From the NCBI GenBank assembly GCA_964541895.1, contig CAZISM010000002.1:74408-138407 (forward strand): a stretch of 64,000 nt of DNA, written 5' to 3'. Below the pieces are notes generated by a model. It did no database searches, was not told the DNA's origin, and worked only from the letters and a program-made list of their open reading frames with translations. Source of the DNA: an uncultured Cytophagia bacterium. GTDB taxonomy: Bacteria; Zhuqueibacterota; Zhuqueibacteria; Residuimicrobiales; Residuimicrobiaceae. Positions 29,877 through 38,666 of the stretch are shown piece by piece. How positions within the stretch are numbered: the first letter of the stretch is position 1; every line of letters begins with the position of its first letter. The position numbers were made by a program, and so were the translations under genes.

Positions 29877-31373
29877 ATGAAGGCATTGCAGCAGTATAAA
29901 GTCTGGTTTGTTACCGGCAGTCAGGATTTATACGGCCCGGAAACGTTGCAAAAAGTGGCAGAACATTCTCGAGAAATCGCTGCGGCGCTGAATCACAGTG
30001 AGCTGATTCCTGTGCAGGTGGTGTACAAACCTGTACTGACCAATTCCGACGCCATTTATGGGCTCTGTCAGGACGCCAATCAGACTGAAAACTGCATCGG
30101 TTTGATCACCTGGATGCACACCTTCTCGCCTGCCAAGATGTGGATTGCCGGACTCAAGGCCCTGCAAAGACCGTTTGTGCATTTGCATACCCAGTTCAAC
30201 CGGGATCTGCCCTGGTCGGACATTGATATGAATTTCATGAATCTCAACCAGTCCGCCCACGGCGACCGCGAATTCGGCTTTATCTGCTCGCGCCTGCGAC
30301 TGAACCGTAAAGTGATCGTCGGTTTCTGGCAGGATCCTTCTGTGCAGGAAAAGCTGGCTACCTGGACGCGGGCGGCGTGCGCCTGGAACGATAGCCAGAG
30401 TGCGAAAATTGCCCGCTTTGGTGATAATATGCGCGAAGTAGCTGTAACCGAAGGCGATAAAGTGGAAGCACAGATTCGTTTCGGTTATTCGGTGCGCGGC
30501 TATGGCATCGGCGACCTGGTGGACAGCATCAACAAAATCCATGAAGCGGATGTAGCGCAACTGGTTAAAGTATACGAAGACACTTATGCGCTGACGCCGG
30601 AATTGCGTGCCAACGGTAACAAGCGATCGGCGCTGCAGTATGCCGCCAAAGTAGAGTTGGGATTGCGTGCGTTTCTGGAACGGGAAAATTTCAAGGGCTT
30701 TACCACCTGCTTTGAGGATCTGCACGGCATGGATCAACTGCCCGGATTGTCGGTGCAGCGTCTCATGGCCGACGGTTACGGCTTTGGCGCCGAAGGCGAC
30801 TGGAAAACCGCCGCTCTGGTACGCGCCATGAAAGTAATGGGCTCCGGCCTGAAAGGCGGATGTTCTTTTATGGAAGATTACACCTACCATCTTGATCCGG
30901 CCGGCATGCAGGTGCTGGGGGCTCATATGCTGGAGTTGTGCTCTTCCATCGCCGGACAGAAACCGGTCCTGCAGATTCATCCGCTCTCCATCGGCGGCAA
31001 AAACGATCCCTTGCGTTTGGTATTCAATGTGGCGCTTGGGCCGGCCCTGAACGCCTCCATCATCGATATGGGTGACAGATTCCGCATGGTCGTTAATACC
31101 GTAGAGGTCGTTGAGGCCAAAGAGATGCCCCACTTGCCGGTGGCGCGCGCCATGTGGATCCCGGAACCAAATCTGGAGGTGGCGGCGGCGGCCTGGATAC
31201 TGGCCGGCGCGGCACATCATGCCGGTTTCAGTCAGGCGGTGTCTGTGGACTGCCTGGAAGATTTTGCCGAGATGGCGGACGTGGAATTCCTGCTCATCAA
31301 CAAGGATACCCACTTGTCCGATTTTAAAAAAGAACTGAGATGGAACAGCGTCTATTACAGAGAACGAAAGTGA
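29877..31373 (+). CDS. araA: L-arabinose isomerase
   Basis: 498 aa, collinear with E. coli AraA over the whole length. Conserved blocks include [94 protein letters not shown] and [20 protein letters not shown] upstream. Confidence 0.9.
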   Translation: MKALQQYKVWFVTGSQDLYGPETLQKVAEHSREIAAALNHSELIPVQVVYKPVLTNSDAIYGLCQDANQTENCIGLITWMHTFSPAKMWIAGLKALQRPFVHLHTQFNRDLPWSDIDMNFMNLNQSAHGDREFGFICSRLRLNRKVIVGFWQDPSVQEKLATWTRAACAWNDSQSAKIARFGDNMREVAVTEGDKVEAQIRFGYSVRGYGIGDLVDSINKIHEADVAQLVKVYEDTYALTPELRANGNKRSALQYAAKVELGLRAFLERENFKGFTTCFEDLHGMDQLPGLSVQRLMADGYGFGAEGDWKTAALVRAMKVMGSGLKGGCSFMEDYTYHLDPAGMQVLGAHMLELCSSIAGQKPVLQIHPLSIGGKNDPLRLVFNVALGPALNASIIDMGDRFRMVVNTVEVVEAKEMPHLPVARAMWIPEPNLEVAAAAWILAGAAHHAGFSQAVSVDCLEDFAEMADVEFLLINKDTHLSDFKKELRWNSVYYRERK

Positions 31374-31449
31374 ATGATGGTTGTAGCCGAAGCGTCCTGC
31401 GGCGGCGGCCTGTTGAATACGAATCGGTCCACCAGGGAGATAGGTTGAC

Positions 31450-32517
31450 ATGAAAAAAACAGGATATCTTGTTGGGGTCGTGTTGGTGTTGTTTTTGCAC
31501 TGCAGCGAGAAAAAGGAAACAATCTCATTCGGCGCCATTCGCTGGGATTATTGGAGCAAAGCGGTGCAGGAAAAGCGGGACGCCTCCGGTCAACCCGGAG
31601 CACCTCACACTAACCTGCAGGACGTCAAGTGGAAAAATCGCTTGCCGTTTTTTGCGCGCGTGCTTGCAGAACATCCTCGTCAGGTGGAGATCTTGCACGA
31701 TAGCCAGGCGGTCATGGACCGGGAAATCGAATATGCCAGGCAGAGCGGATTGGCGTACTGGGCATTTCTCTATTATCCCAGCGGTCCGGAAATGAGTGTC
31801 AGCCGCGAACTGTATCTGAAAAGCCGGTACAAAAACGATGTCGCGTTCTGTCTGATCCTCTCTCGTTGGAACGACGACAAGACCACCTGGGAGGACAATG
31901 TCGATTATCTGGCCCGGCAGGTGCAGGAACCTTCCTATTTTAAAGTGGCTGGTGACCGGCCGCTGATTTTTCTTTTTTTCTGGGATGAAAAACGGATGCC
32001 GGAAAAGATTTGGGGATCCCTGGATGGCGCCAGGGCCGCCATAACGTCGCTGCGGGAAGCGATTAAACGTTCCGGACAGCAGGATCCCTATCTTGTCGCC
32101 ATGCGCATCAACCAGACGGAATGCATTCAATACTGCAAATCCCTGCAGCTGGATGCCATTTCCACCTATACGACATTTGGCGGTACCGATTATGCGGGTC
32201 TGGCCCAGAGCAATATCGATTGGTGGCAAGAGGCGAAACAGGCCAACATTCCTGCCGTGCTGCCGCTATCCTGTGGCTGGGGTGGGCCGCGTCCAAGCGG
32301 TCTGCATGATCAGCAACCGACGCTCCTGCAATTTGAAAATCACCTGCAAACGGCCCGGTTGTGGATGCTGGCTAATCCGCATATCGCACAAGCCAGGACC
32401 AGCCTCATGTATGCGTGGAACGAATTCGATGAAGGCGGCTTTCTCTGTCCCACGCAGGGCGAACAGGAAGGTTCGCGCAAGATCGATGCTTTGGCCAGAG
32501 TAGTCAACGGCCGCTAG
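31450..32517 (+). CDS. hypothetical lipoprotein, possibly a glycan-active TIM-barrel protein
   Basis: 355 aa. Lipobox LVLFLHCS. RBS GGGAGA upstream. No hallmark recognised. Confidence 0.35.
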   Translation: MKKTGYLVGVVLVLFLHCSEKKETISFGAIRWDYWSKAVQEKRDASGQPGAPHTNLQDVKWKNRLPFFARVLAEHPRQVEILHDSQAVMDREIEYARQSGLAYWAFLYYPSGPEMSVSRELYLKSRYKNDVAFCLILSRWNDDKTTWEDNVDYLARQVQEPSYFKVAGDRPLIFLFFWDEKRMPEKIWGSLDGARAAITSLREAIKRSGQQDPYLVAMRINQTECIQYCKSLQLDAISTYTTFGGTDYAGLAQSNIDWWQEAKQANIPAVLPLSCGWGGPRPSGLHDQQPTLLQFENHLQTARLWMLANPHIAQARTSLMYAWNEFDEGGFLCPTQGEQEGSRKIDALARVVNGR

Positions 32518-32590
32518 CCTGCGCGTCTGCCTGCACGGGCTATTCATGTTTCTGCGTGTTGAACAGGATAAACTTCCGGAAGAGGTCACT

Positions 32591-34183
32591 ATGAAGCGAA
32601 GAGATTTTTTAAAAACAGGATTGGTATCGACGGCCGCCGGTCTGATGGCCGGTTGTGGGAAACGGCAACCGCCCAACATCCTCTGGCTGATGACAGACGA
32701 ACAGCGCACCGATTCGCTGCGGTTTTATGGCAGCCCCTGGGCGGTCAGTCCGAATCTGGATCGTTATGCCGCGGAGGGTGTCGTGTTCATGAATGCCTAT
32801 ACACAGGCGCCGGTCTGCACGCCGGCGCGGGTGTCCATACTGACGGGCCAGTACTGCAGTCAGACTGGAGTCTGGCGAAACATCGGCAACCACGAACTGT
32901 CATTCGATCTGCTGACCGACGTGTTCCGTCAGGCCGGCTATCACTCCGCAACTTTTGGCAAACAGCATTATGGCGGGCCGAAAAGGGCCTTTGACCTGGA
33001 AAAAAGCCTGGTCACCAGCGTCTATGTCGATCCCTATGGCTATGCGCCTCAATATGACGAATCGAAATATGATGTGGTCAAGTATCCCGGCAAATGGGTC
33101 TTGGGCGGCCGTTTTCCGGAAGCGGCTGAAAAATCGCGCGAGGCAGAATGCGTAGATGGCGCGATAGCATGGCTAAAGGAACAGCCCGGAGACAAACCAT
33201 TTCTATTACGCCTCTCGTTCAGCGCTCCGCATACGCCCGTTGTGCCGCCGGTCCCCTTCGATACCCTCATAAAAGAAGAGGAGATCAAACTGGCTCCTGC
33301 GGGCGATGCTCTGCCGAAGGATTGTCCGCTATGGATGAAACGGCATTACCAGGGCGCCGGTTCCTGGCCGTTCACGCCGGAGCAGATCCGCAAAATGCGT
33401 CGCTACTATTATGGCTATGCCGCTTTTGTCGATGACCAATTCGGCCGCTTGCTGCGCTGGATGGAAGGACAAGGCTTGCTGGAGAACACCATTATCGCTT
33501 TCGTCGCGGATCATGGCACGCATGTGTGCGATAACGGTCTGGTGCAGAAAGGCACGTTTTATGATGCGTCCGCCAGAGTACCCTATTTTTTCTGGTATCC
33601 GAAAAAAATCGCTCAAGGCAGGACTTTGCAGACCCCGGTGGAGACCCGCACTCTGCTGCCGACGCTTTTAGAATTAGCCGGATTGCCTGTGCCGGATCGT
33701 TGTGCCGGGATCAGTCTGGCTGAAACCTTGCGCAAAGGAAAAGAGCCTGCTGCCCTTCCGGTATTTTCAGAGATGAGTTTCGGCTTTGATCCGCGGCATC
33801 CGGACAACCGGGTTGTTATGGTCCGTGACGGACAATGGAAACTGTGTGTCTGTGTGGATGATGAAACGGAAAAAGGCGAATTGATCGATCTGGGCAACGA
33901 TCCGCTTGAACAGCACAATGTCTATGGAGAGGAAAAGTATGCCGCCATACGGCAGAAATTACTGCAGGCTGTCAAAGCGCACATCGCCGGTACGGAAAAA
34001 CCCTTTGCCAATGCTGCCCGTCTGCAGGCACTGGAGAAATCGCCGGTCGGGCAGGTGCTCTGCGCCACCTGCAAACGCACCACCGTGGCCCGCGTAGACA
34101 CGGCCACACTGGCTCCGGACTGGTCCGATGCGTTACAGGAAGCGTATCAGTGCTATCATTGCGGCGCCCGGTTTGGAATCTAA
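32591..34183 (+). CDS. sulfatase (Cys-type) with twin-arginine signal and a C-terminal CxxC...CxxC zinc-ribbon-like tail
   Basis: ORF 32546..34183; ATG 32591 begins the Tat motif MKRRDFLKTGLVSTAAGLMAG. PNILWLMTDEQRTD...CTPARVSILTGQ (C-x-P-x-R). The last 40 aa are VLCATCKRTTVARVDTATLAPDWSDALQEAYQCYHCGARFGI. Confidence 0.85.
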   Translation: MKRRDFLKTGLVSTAAGLMAGCGKRQPPNILWLMTDEQRTDSLRFYGSPWAVSPNLDRYAAEGVVFMNAYTQAPVCTPARVSILTGQYCSQTGVWRNIGNHELSFDLLTDVFRQAGYHSATFGKQHYGGPKRAFDLEKSLVTSVYVDPYGYAPQYDESKYDVVKYPGKWVLGGRFPEAAEKSREAECVDGAIAWLKEQPGDKPFLLRLSFSAPHTPVVPPVPFDTLIKEEEIKLAPAGDALPKDCPLWMKRHYQGAGSWPFTPEQIRKMRRYYYGYAAFVDDQFGRLLRWMEGQGLLENTIIAFVADHGTHVCDNGLVQKGTFYDASARVPYFFWYPKKIAQGRTLQTPVETRTLLPTLLELAGLPVPDRCAGISLAETLRKGKEPAALPVFSEMSFGFDPRHPDNRVVMVRDGQWKLCVCVDDETEKGELIDLGNDPLEQHNVYGEEKYAAIRQKLLQAVKAHIAGTEKPFANAARLQALEKSPVGQVLCATCKRTTVARVDTATLAPDWSDALQEAYQCYHCGARFGI

Positions 34184-34290
34184 CTCTTTCCGTTTACGAG
34201 TCTGATGAATATGGCGGGTTCCTGGATGTTGCCGAGTCTTTTGCGGCGACTCCGGGGGTCTTTCGAATATTCAATCGGTTAGAAAGTATA

Positions 34291-34316
34291 CGAGGTCGCA
34301 AAAACGCGACCCTCGG
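34291..34316 (+). other. GC-rich stem-loop between the sulfatase and the IlvC-like gene (possible terminator or regulatory hairpin, no U-tract)
   Basis: cgaggtcgc-aaaaac-gcgac(c)ctcg: about 10-bp stem with one bulge, 6-nt loop. Confidence 0.25.
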
Positions 34317-34381
34317 AGGTTCAATCGACGGCTGTGTCTTGGATCCATTCTGAAACAGGTCCAACTATTCGGGAGTACCTT

Positions 34382-35542
34382 ATGGCTAAAATCTATTTTG
34401 ATGCTGATGCGGATTTATCCGGATTGAATGGCAGGAAAATCGCTATTATTGGTTACGGCAATCAGGGACGGGCGCAGGCGCTCAACATGCGCGATTCCGG
34501 CATTGGTCCCATTTGCGTTGGCAGCATAAAAGATTCGGCCCACCATACGGCAATACAGGATGGTTTCCAGGTACGATCCATCGATCAGGCCTGCAAACAG
34601 GCCGACATCATCTTTATGCTGGTTCCGGACGAGGTTATGCCCGACATCTATAAAAATCAAGTGGAGCCGTTTCTGAACAAGGGCGACGTTCTCAACTTTG
34701 CTTCCGGCTATAACATTACCTTTAACCTTATCGTGCCGCCCAGTTATGTCGATGTTATTATGGTGGCGCCGCGCATGATCGGCGATGGCGTGCGTAATCT
34801 GTTCTTAACCAGGGAAGGCTATCAGGCTTTTATCGCCGTTCACCAGGATGCCTCCGGCACGGCACGGCCAACCGCCCTGGCCCTGGCCAAAGCGATCGGG
34901 GCCACCATCAAAGGCGCTTTGGAAGTCACTTTCCGCGATGAGACTATGCTCGATTTACTGGCGGAACAAGCTATCTGGCCGCTGATCCTCTCCATCCTGA
35001 CCGAAGCGTTTGCGTTTGAGGTGGAAAAGGGCCATCCGGCCGAGGCGTCTGTGATCGAACTCTATCTTTGCAAAGAGCCGGCGTATATGTTTGAAAAAAT
35101 GGCCGAGCTGGGATTATACGGCCAACTTCCCTTTCACTCCCATACCAGCCAGTATGGACAACTGTCCCGTTTTGAAAAACTGGATAAAACGTTCATCCGC
35201 AACACTCTTCGACAGGCGTATGACTATATCGATAGCGGCAAGTTTGCCCGGGAATGGAAAGAGGAACAGGCCAACGGTTTACCCACTTTTCAGAGATTGA
35301 AGGATATGGCGATCAACTCGGAATTGTGTAAAATCGAAAAAACCCTGTTGACCGGCAACGAATCGCGGGACGCCGCTCCTGTCTGGAGGTTACAGCAGAG
35401 AGTGTTGAGCGAACAGCTTGTCCTGCAGGCCTATCACAAAGGCATCAAAGTGATTGAATTGCCCGCGAACGGCATGGCCACCGCCCTGGCCAAAGAAGCG
35501 GCGCAGGCACGCCAGATCGTCATCAGGCGCAAATCCGAATAG
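34382..35542 (+). CDS. ketol-acid reductoisomerase (IlvC) family NAD(P)H-dependent oxidoreductase, catabolic context
   Basis: ORF 34334..35542; ATG 34382 (MAKIYFDADADLSGLNGRKIAIIGYGNQGRAQALNMRDSGI) matches the KARI N-terminal Rossmann block (cf. IlvC [25 protein letters not shown]). Followed by a KARI-like helical domain. About 387 aa. Confidence 0.6.
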   Translation: MAKIYFDADADLSGLNGRKIAIIGYGNQGRAQALNMRDSGIGPICVGSIKDSAHHTAIQDGFQVRSIDQACKQADIIFMLVPDEVMPDIYKNQVEPFLNKGDVLNFASGYNITFNLIVPPSYVDVIMVAPRMIGDGVRNLFLTREGYQAFIAVHQDASGTARPTALALAKAIGATIKGALEVTFRDETMLDLLAEQAIWPLILSILTEAFAFEVEKGHPAEASVIELYLCKEPAYMFEKMAELGLYGQLPFHSHTSQYGQLSRFEKLDKTFIRNTLRQAYDYIDSGKFAREWKEEQANGLPTFQRLKDMAINSELCKIEKTLLTGNESRDAAPVWRLQQRVLSEQLVLQAYHKGIKVIELPANGMATALAKEAAQARQIVIRRKSE

Positions 35543-35574
35543 AGCCGGGTCATTACTTCCTTCTGGAGAGTGCC

Positions 35575-36927
35575 ATGATATCCGCCGTTCTGTTGTTGCT
35601 GCATCTCGTTATTGCCATTGCCTTCATATTGATCCTGATCCTGGTATTGAAATGGAGCCCGGTGATCGCGCTCATCATCGGCAGCCTTTATATAGGCTCT
35701 GTTGCCAACCTGGGCATGCCGGAAACCATGGCCGCCATCACGAGCGGATTCGGCGATCTTTTGGCCGGTATCGGCTTGCCTGTAGGTTTCGGCATCATAC
35801 TGGGACAGTTGCTGTCCGATTCCGGCGGGGCGCGTTCCATCGCCGTCAGTATTGTGCGCAAATTTTCCAAAGCACGTGCCATATACGGTATGGGCATGGC
35901 TTCTTTTATTCTGTCCATTCCCGTTTTTTATGACGTCACCTTTGTCATCCTCGTTCCCATCGGAGTAGCTCTAACCCAAGAGACCAAAAAGCCGCTGCCG
36001 TATGTCATAGCTGCTCTGGTAATCGGAGCCGCCGCGGCACATACGTTTGTGCCGCCCACACCCAATCCTTTGGCAGCGCCCTCCATTCTTGGTTTTGATC
36101 TGGGCCTCATGCTCATCATGGGATTGATCGTAGGTTTTATCGCCTCGGTTCTGGCCATGAAACTGCTTTTTACCATGCTGGATGCAGGACTGTGGTGCAG
36201 GGAGAAGGATGAGATGGGCGGTTTGGTTGTCACAGCATCACCCGTGCCGGAAAACGCGCCGGCCGCCATGGTTGCCATGATTCCGATTCTGGTGCCGGTC
36301 TGTTTGATTTTGCTGGGCACCACGTTCGCCGCGTTTACCCAGGACGTTCCGGCCTGGATCACGTTTGTCAGCAACAAGGTCACTGCCCTGTTGTGCGGCA
36401 CCATAGCCGCATACCTGATCGTGTTCAGGCACATCAAGGGCAAGGCCCTCGAGCAATCGGTGGCCCAGGCCATGTCGTCTGCCGGTATCGTCTTGCTGGT
36501 CACCGGCGCCGGCGGATCCTTCGGTGCGGTGATCAAAGCCACCGGCATCGGCAACACCCTGGTGGCCGGCATTGCCCATTCCGCCTATTCGGCCGTTTGG
36601 GCCGTGCTCATTACCTATTTCCTGGCCATGATTTTTCGTGTGTCACAGGGCTCCGGTACGGTCGCTTCCATCACCACCATGACCATCGTGGCCGGCGCCG
36701 ATATGGCAGCGTCTACGGGATTGCATCCGGTCTGGCTGGCGTTGGCTGCTCTGTCCGGCGGCATCAGCATCGGCCATATCAACGACAGCGGCTTCTGGGT
36801 GACGGCCAATCTCGGCGGCTTGACCGTCACCGGCGGACTAAAGACGTATACGCTGGGTGAGTTTCTGGTTTCCATTATTGTATTACTCATCGTTGTGGCC
36901 GCGGTGCTTTTTATTCCGGCATTTTAA
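35575..36927 (+). CDS. GntP-family permease (gluconate/sugar-acid:H+ symporter family)
   Basis: 450 aa, highly hydrophobic. N-terminal pattern ...ALIIGSLYIGSVANLGMPETMAAITSGFGDLLAGIGLPVGFGIILGQLL... is typical of GntP-family transporters. RBS GGAGAG upstream. Confidence 0.75.
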   Translation: MISAVLLLLHLVIAIAFILILILVLKWSPVIALIIGSLYIGSVANLGMPETMAAITSGFGDLLAGIGLPVGFGIILGQLLSDSGGARSIAVSIVRKFSKARAIYGMGMASFILSIPVFYDVTFVILVPIGVALTQETKKPLPYVIAALVIGAAAAHTFVPPTPNPLAAPSILGFDLGLMLIMGLIVGFIASVLAMKLLFTMLDAGLWCREKDEMGGLVVTASPVPENAPAAMVAMIPILVPVCLILLGTTFAAFTQDVPAWITFVSNKVTALLCGTIAAYLIVFRHIKGKALEQSVAQAMSSAGIVLLVTGAGGSFGAVIKATGIGNTLVAGIAHSAYSAVWAVLITYFLAMIFRVSQGSGTVASITTMTIVAGADMAASTGLHPVWLALAALSGGISIGHINDSGFWVTANLGGLTVTGGLKTYTLGEFLVSIIVLLIVVAAVLFIPAF

Positions 36928-36942
36928 CCGAAAGGAGATGAT

Positions 36943-38055
36943 ATGAATTCCAAAGAACGCGTACGACTGGCTTTGACGAGAAAGGCCGTTCCGGATCGCA
37001 TTCCCATCCAGTTTGATCTATGTCGCTCGCTGACGGAACATTTTTCCCAAACCCTGGGACTGGATCCGGGCTATACCTGGTCCTATTATGAGGATCTGAC
37101 CTATCGGATTTCTGCCAATGAAATACGGACCCGACTGGGCAGTGATGTGGTGGTGGTAGGCGGCGCCCTGGCGGCCGCTTTCAAGCCCATTCCGGTACAG
37201 GGTGATATAACTCTGAATGAATTCGGCATGAAGATGAAACCCACGCCGCTCTATGTCGAAGTGATCGAGTGTCCTTTGCAGCAAGTCTCCTCGGTGGAAC
37301 AGGTGCAGGCCTATGCTTTTCCCGATCCCCGCGCCCAAGGACGTTTTGACAATGCCCGCAAAGAGATCCAGCGATTCGGCGCGGACTATTTTATCATAGG
37401 CGATTGTGAACTGAGCATATTTGAACTGGCCTGGCATCTGACCGGCATGGAAAAATATATGATGGCTCTGGCCATGGAGGAGGAGTGGCTGGAGCTGTTG
37501 AACGACAAAGTCGAATATTGGACCACGCAACTGGCGCTGCAGCTGATCGAGCTGGGCGTGGATGCGATCTGGTTCGGTGAGGATCTGGGCACGCAGACCT
37601 CCACCTTGATTTCGCCGGGGATGTGGCGCAATCGCTTCAAGCCGCGCTATCAACGCATGTTCGATGCGTTGCGAAAGGTGAATCCGGACATCATTCTTAT
37701 CATGCATTCTGATGGTGCGGTGGCGCCGTTGCTGGATGATTTTATCGAAATGGGCGTGCAGGTATATAATCCGGTTCAGCCCAACGTCCCGGGTTCGGAT
37801 CCCGAAGAGTTGAAAAACACATACGGCCATTCCATCTCCTTTTTCGGCGGCATCGATCAGCAGCAGCTGTTGCCGCAGGGCAGGGTTGAGGATATCCGCA
37901 AAGAGATCAAATACCGCTGTCAGGTATTGGGTCGGGATGGCGGCTATCTCTTGGCGCCGGCGCACATCATTCAGGCGGATGTAAAGCCGGAAACGGTTTT
38001 GCTCATGATCGAAGCGGCGCAGGAATTCGGTTCGTATGATCGGATGTTATTCTGA
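36943..38055 (+). CDS. URO-D family protein (MtaA/MtvB-like methyltransferase-type), second paralog
   Basis: 370 aa. RBS AAAGGAGA upstream. The pattern ...DAIWFGEDLGTQTSTLISPGMWRNRFKPRYQRMFDALRKVNPDIILIMHSDGAV...GVQVYNPVQP...GGYLLAPAHIIQADV is typical of URO-D/MtaA-family TIM barrels. Confidence 0.65.
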   Translation: MNSKERVRLALTRKAVPDRIPIQFDLCRSLTEHFSQTLGLDPGYTWSYYEDLTYRISANEIRTRLGSDVVVVGGALAAAFKPIPVQGDITLNEFGMKMKPTPLYVEVIECPLQQVSSVEQVQAYAFPDPRAQGRFDNARKEIQRFGADYFIIGDCELSIFELAWHLTGMEKYMMALAMEEEWLELLNDKVEYWTTQLALQLIELGVDAIWFGEDLGTQTSTLISPGMWRNRFKPRYQRMFDALRKVNPDIILIMHSDGAVAPLLDDFIEMGVQVYNPVQPNVPGSDPEELKNTYGHSISFFGGIDQQQLLPQGRVEDIRKEIKYRCQVLGRDGGYLLAPAHIIQADVKPETVLLMIEAAQEFGSYDRMLF

Positions 38056-38220
38056 TCAGGCCTCCATGGCATCATCACCAGCGACCACACTGGATGCGGA
38101 TCCGGGGTGGCGCGAAGAGATCTCTGGCGACTGCAATTTCATGAGTCAAAACATTCGGTGCTATTATCTGCTATTAATGGCGGATGGTATACAGGTACAT
38201 CAAACCACTTTGGAGGTCCT

Positions 38221-38535
38221 ATGAAACGAAATGCATTTAAAATGGTGCTCAAACCTGGTTTTGAACAAGAGTATAAGAAACGTCATGATGAAATCTGGCC
38301 GGAACTGGTGCGCGAGTTGGAAAACAGCGGCATATCGGACTATTCCATCTATCTGGACAAGGAGACCTTGACTCTGTTTGCCTTTCAAAAATTGACCGAC
38401 CATCACACCTCAGACGATCTGCCGCAGAATCCGGTGGTAAAAAAGTGGTGGGCGTTTATGAGTGACATCATGGAATACAATGCCAATGGCACACCGGTGG
38501 CGATTCCATTGCAGGAAGTGTTTCATATGGATTAG
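38221..38535 (+). CDS. rhaM: L-rhamnose mutarotase
   Basis: ORF 38107..38535; ATG 38221 has GGAGG 5 nt upstream. The 104-aa product is collinear with E. coli RhaM ([33 protein letters not shown]...YAIYLDK...LFA...RWWKYMTDVM...LQEVF versus MKRNAFKMVLKPGFEQEYKKRHDEIWPELVREL...YSIYLDK...LFA...KWWAFMSDIM...LQEVF). Confidence 0.85.
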   Translation: MKRNAFKMVLKPGFEQEYKKRHDEIWPELVRELENSGISDYSIYLDKETLTLFAFQKLTDHHTSDDLPQNPVVKKWWAFMSDIMEYNANGTPVAIPLQEVFHMD

Positions 38536-38572
38536 GACGGCCCAAGGGCTTTGAAACGTCAGGACCCCGGAT

Positions 38573-38595
38573 GTTGCCGCGCTGTTTGCGGCAAC
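38573..38595 (+). other. perfect 8-bp stem-loop (gttgccgc-gctgttt-gcggcaac) downstream of rhaM, no U-tract
   Basis: Read directly from the sequence. It sits where the local base composition changes. Confidence 0.3.
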
Positions 38596-38666
38596 TCTGC
38601 GAGGCTTCCAGACCATCATTCACCTCCTAGCCCAACTTTGCTTACATTATCATGGAGGATTTTGAA

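Noticed and set aside
29928-31538. 536-aa minus-strand ORF, the longest alternative ORF in the window
   Set aside because: Antisense to araA, which aligns end to end with E. coli AraA. A stop-free antisense frame is expected in a GC-rich gene.
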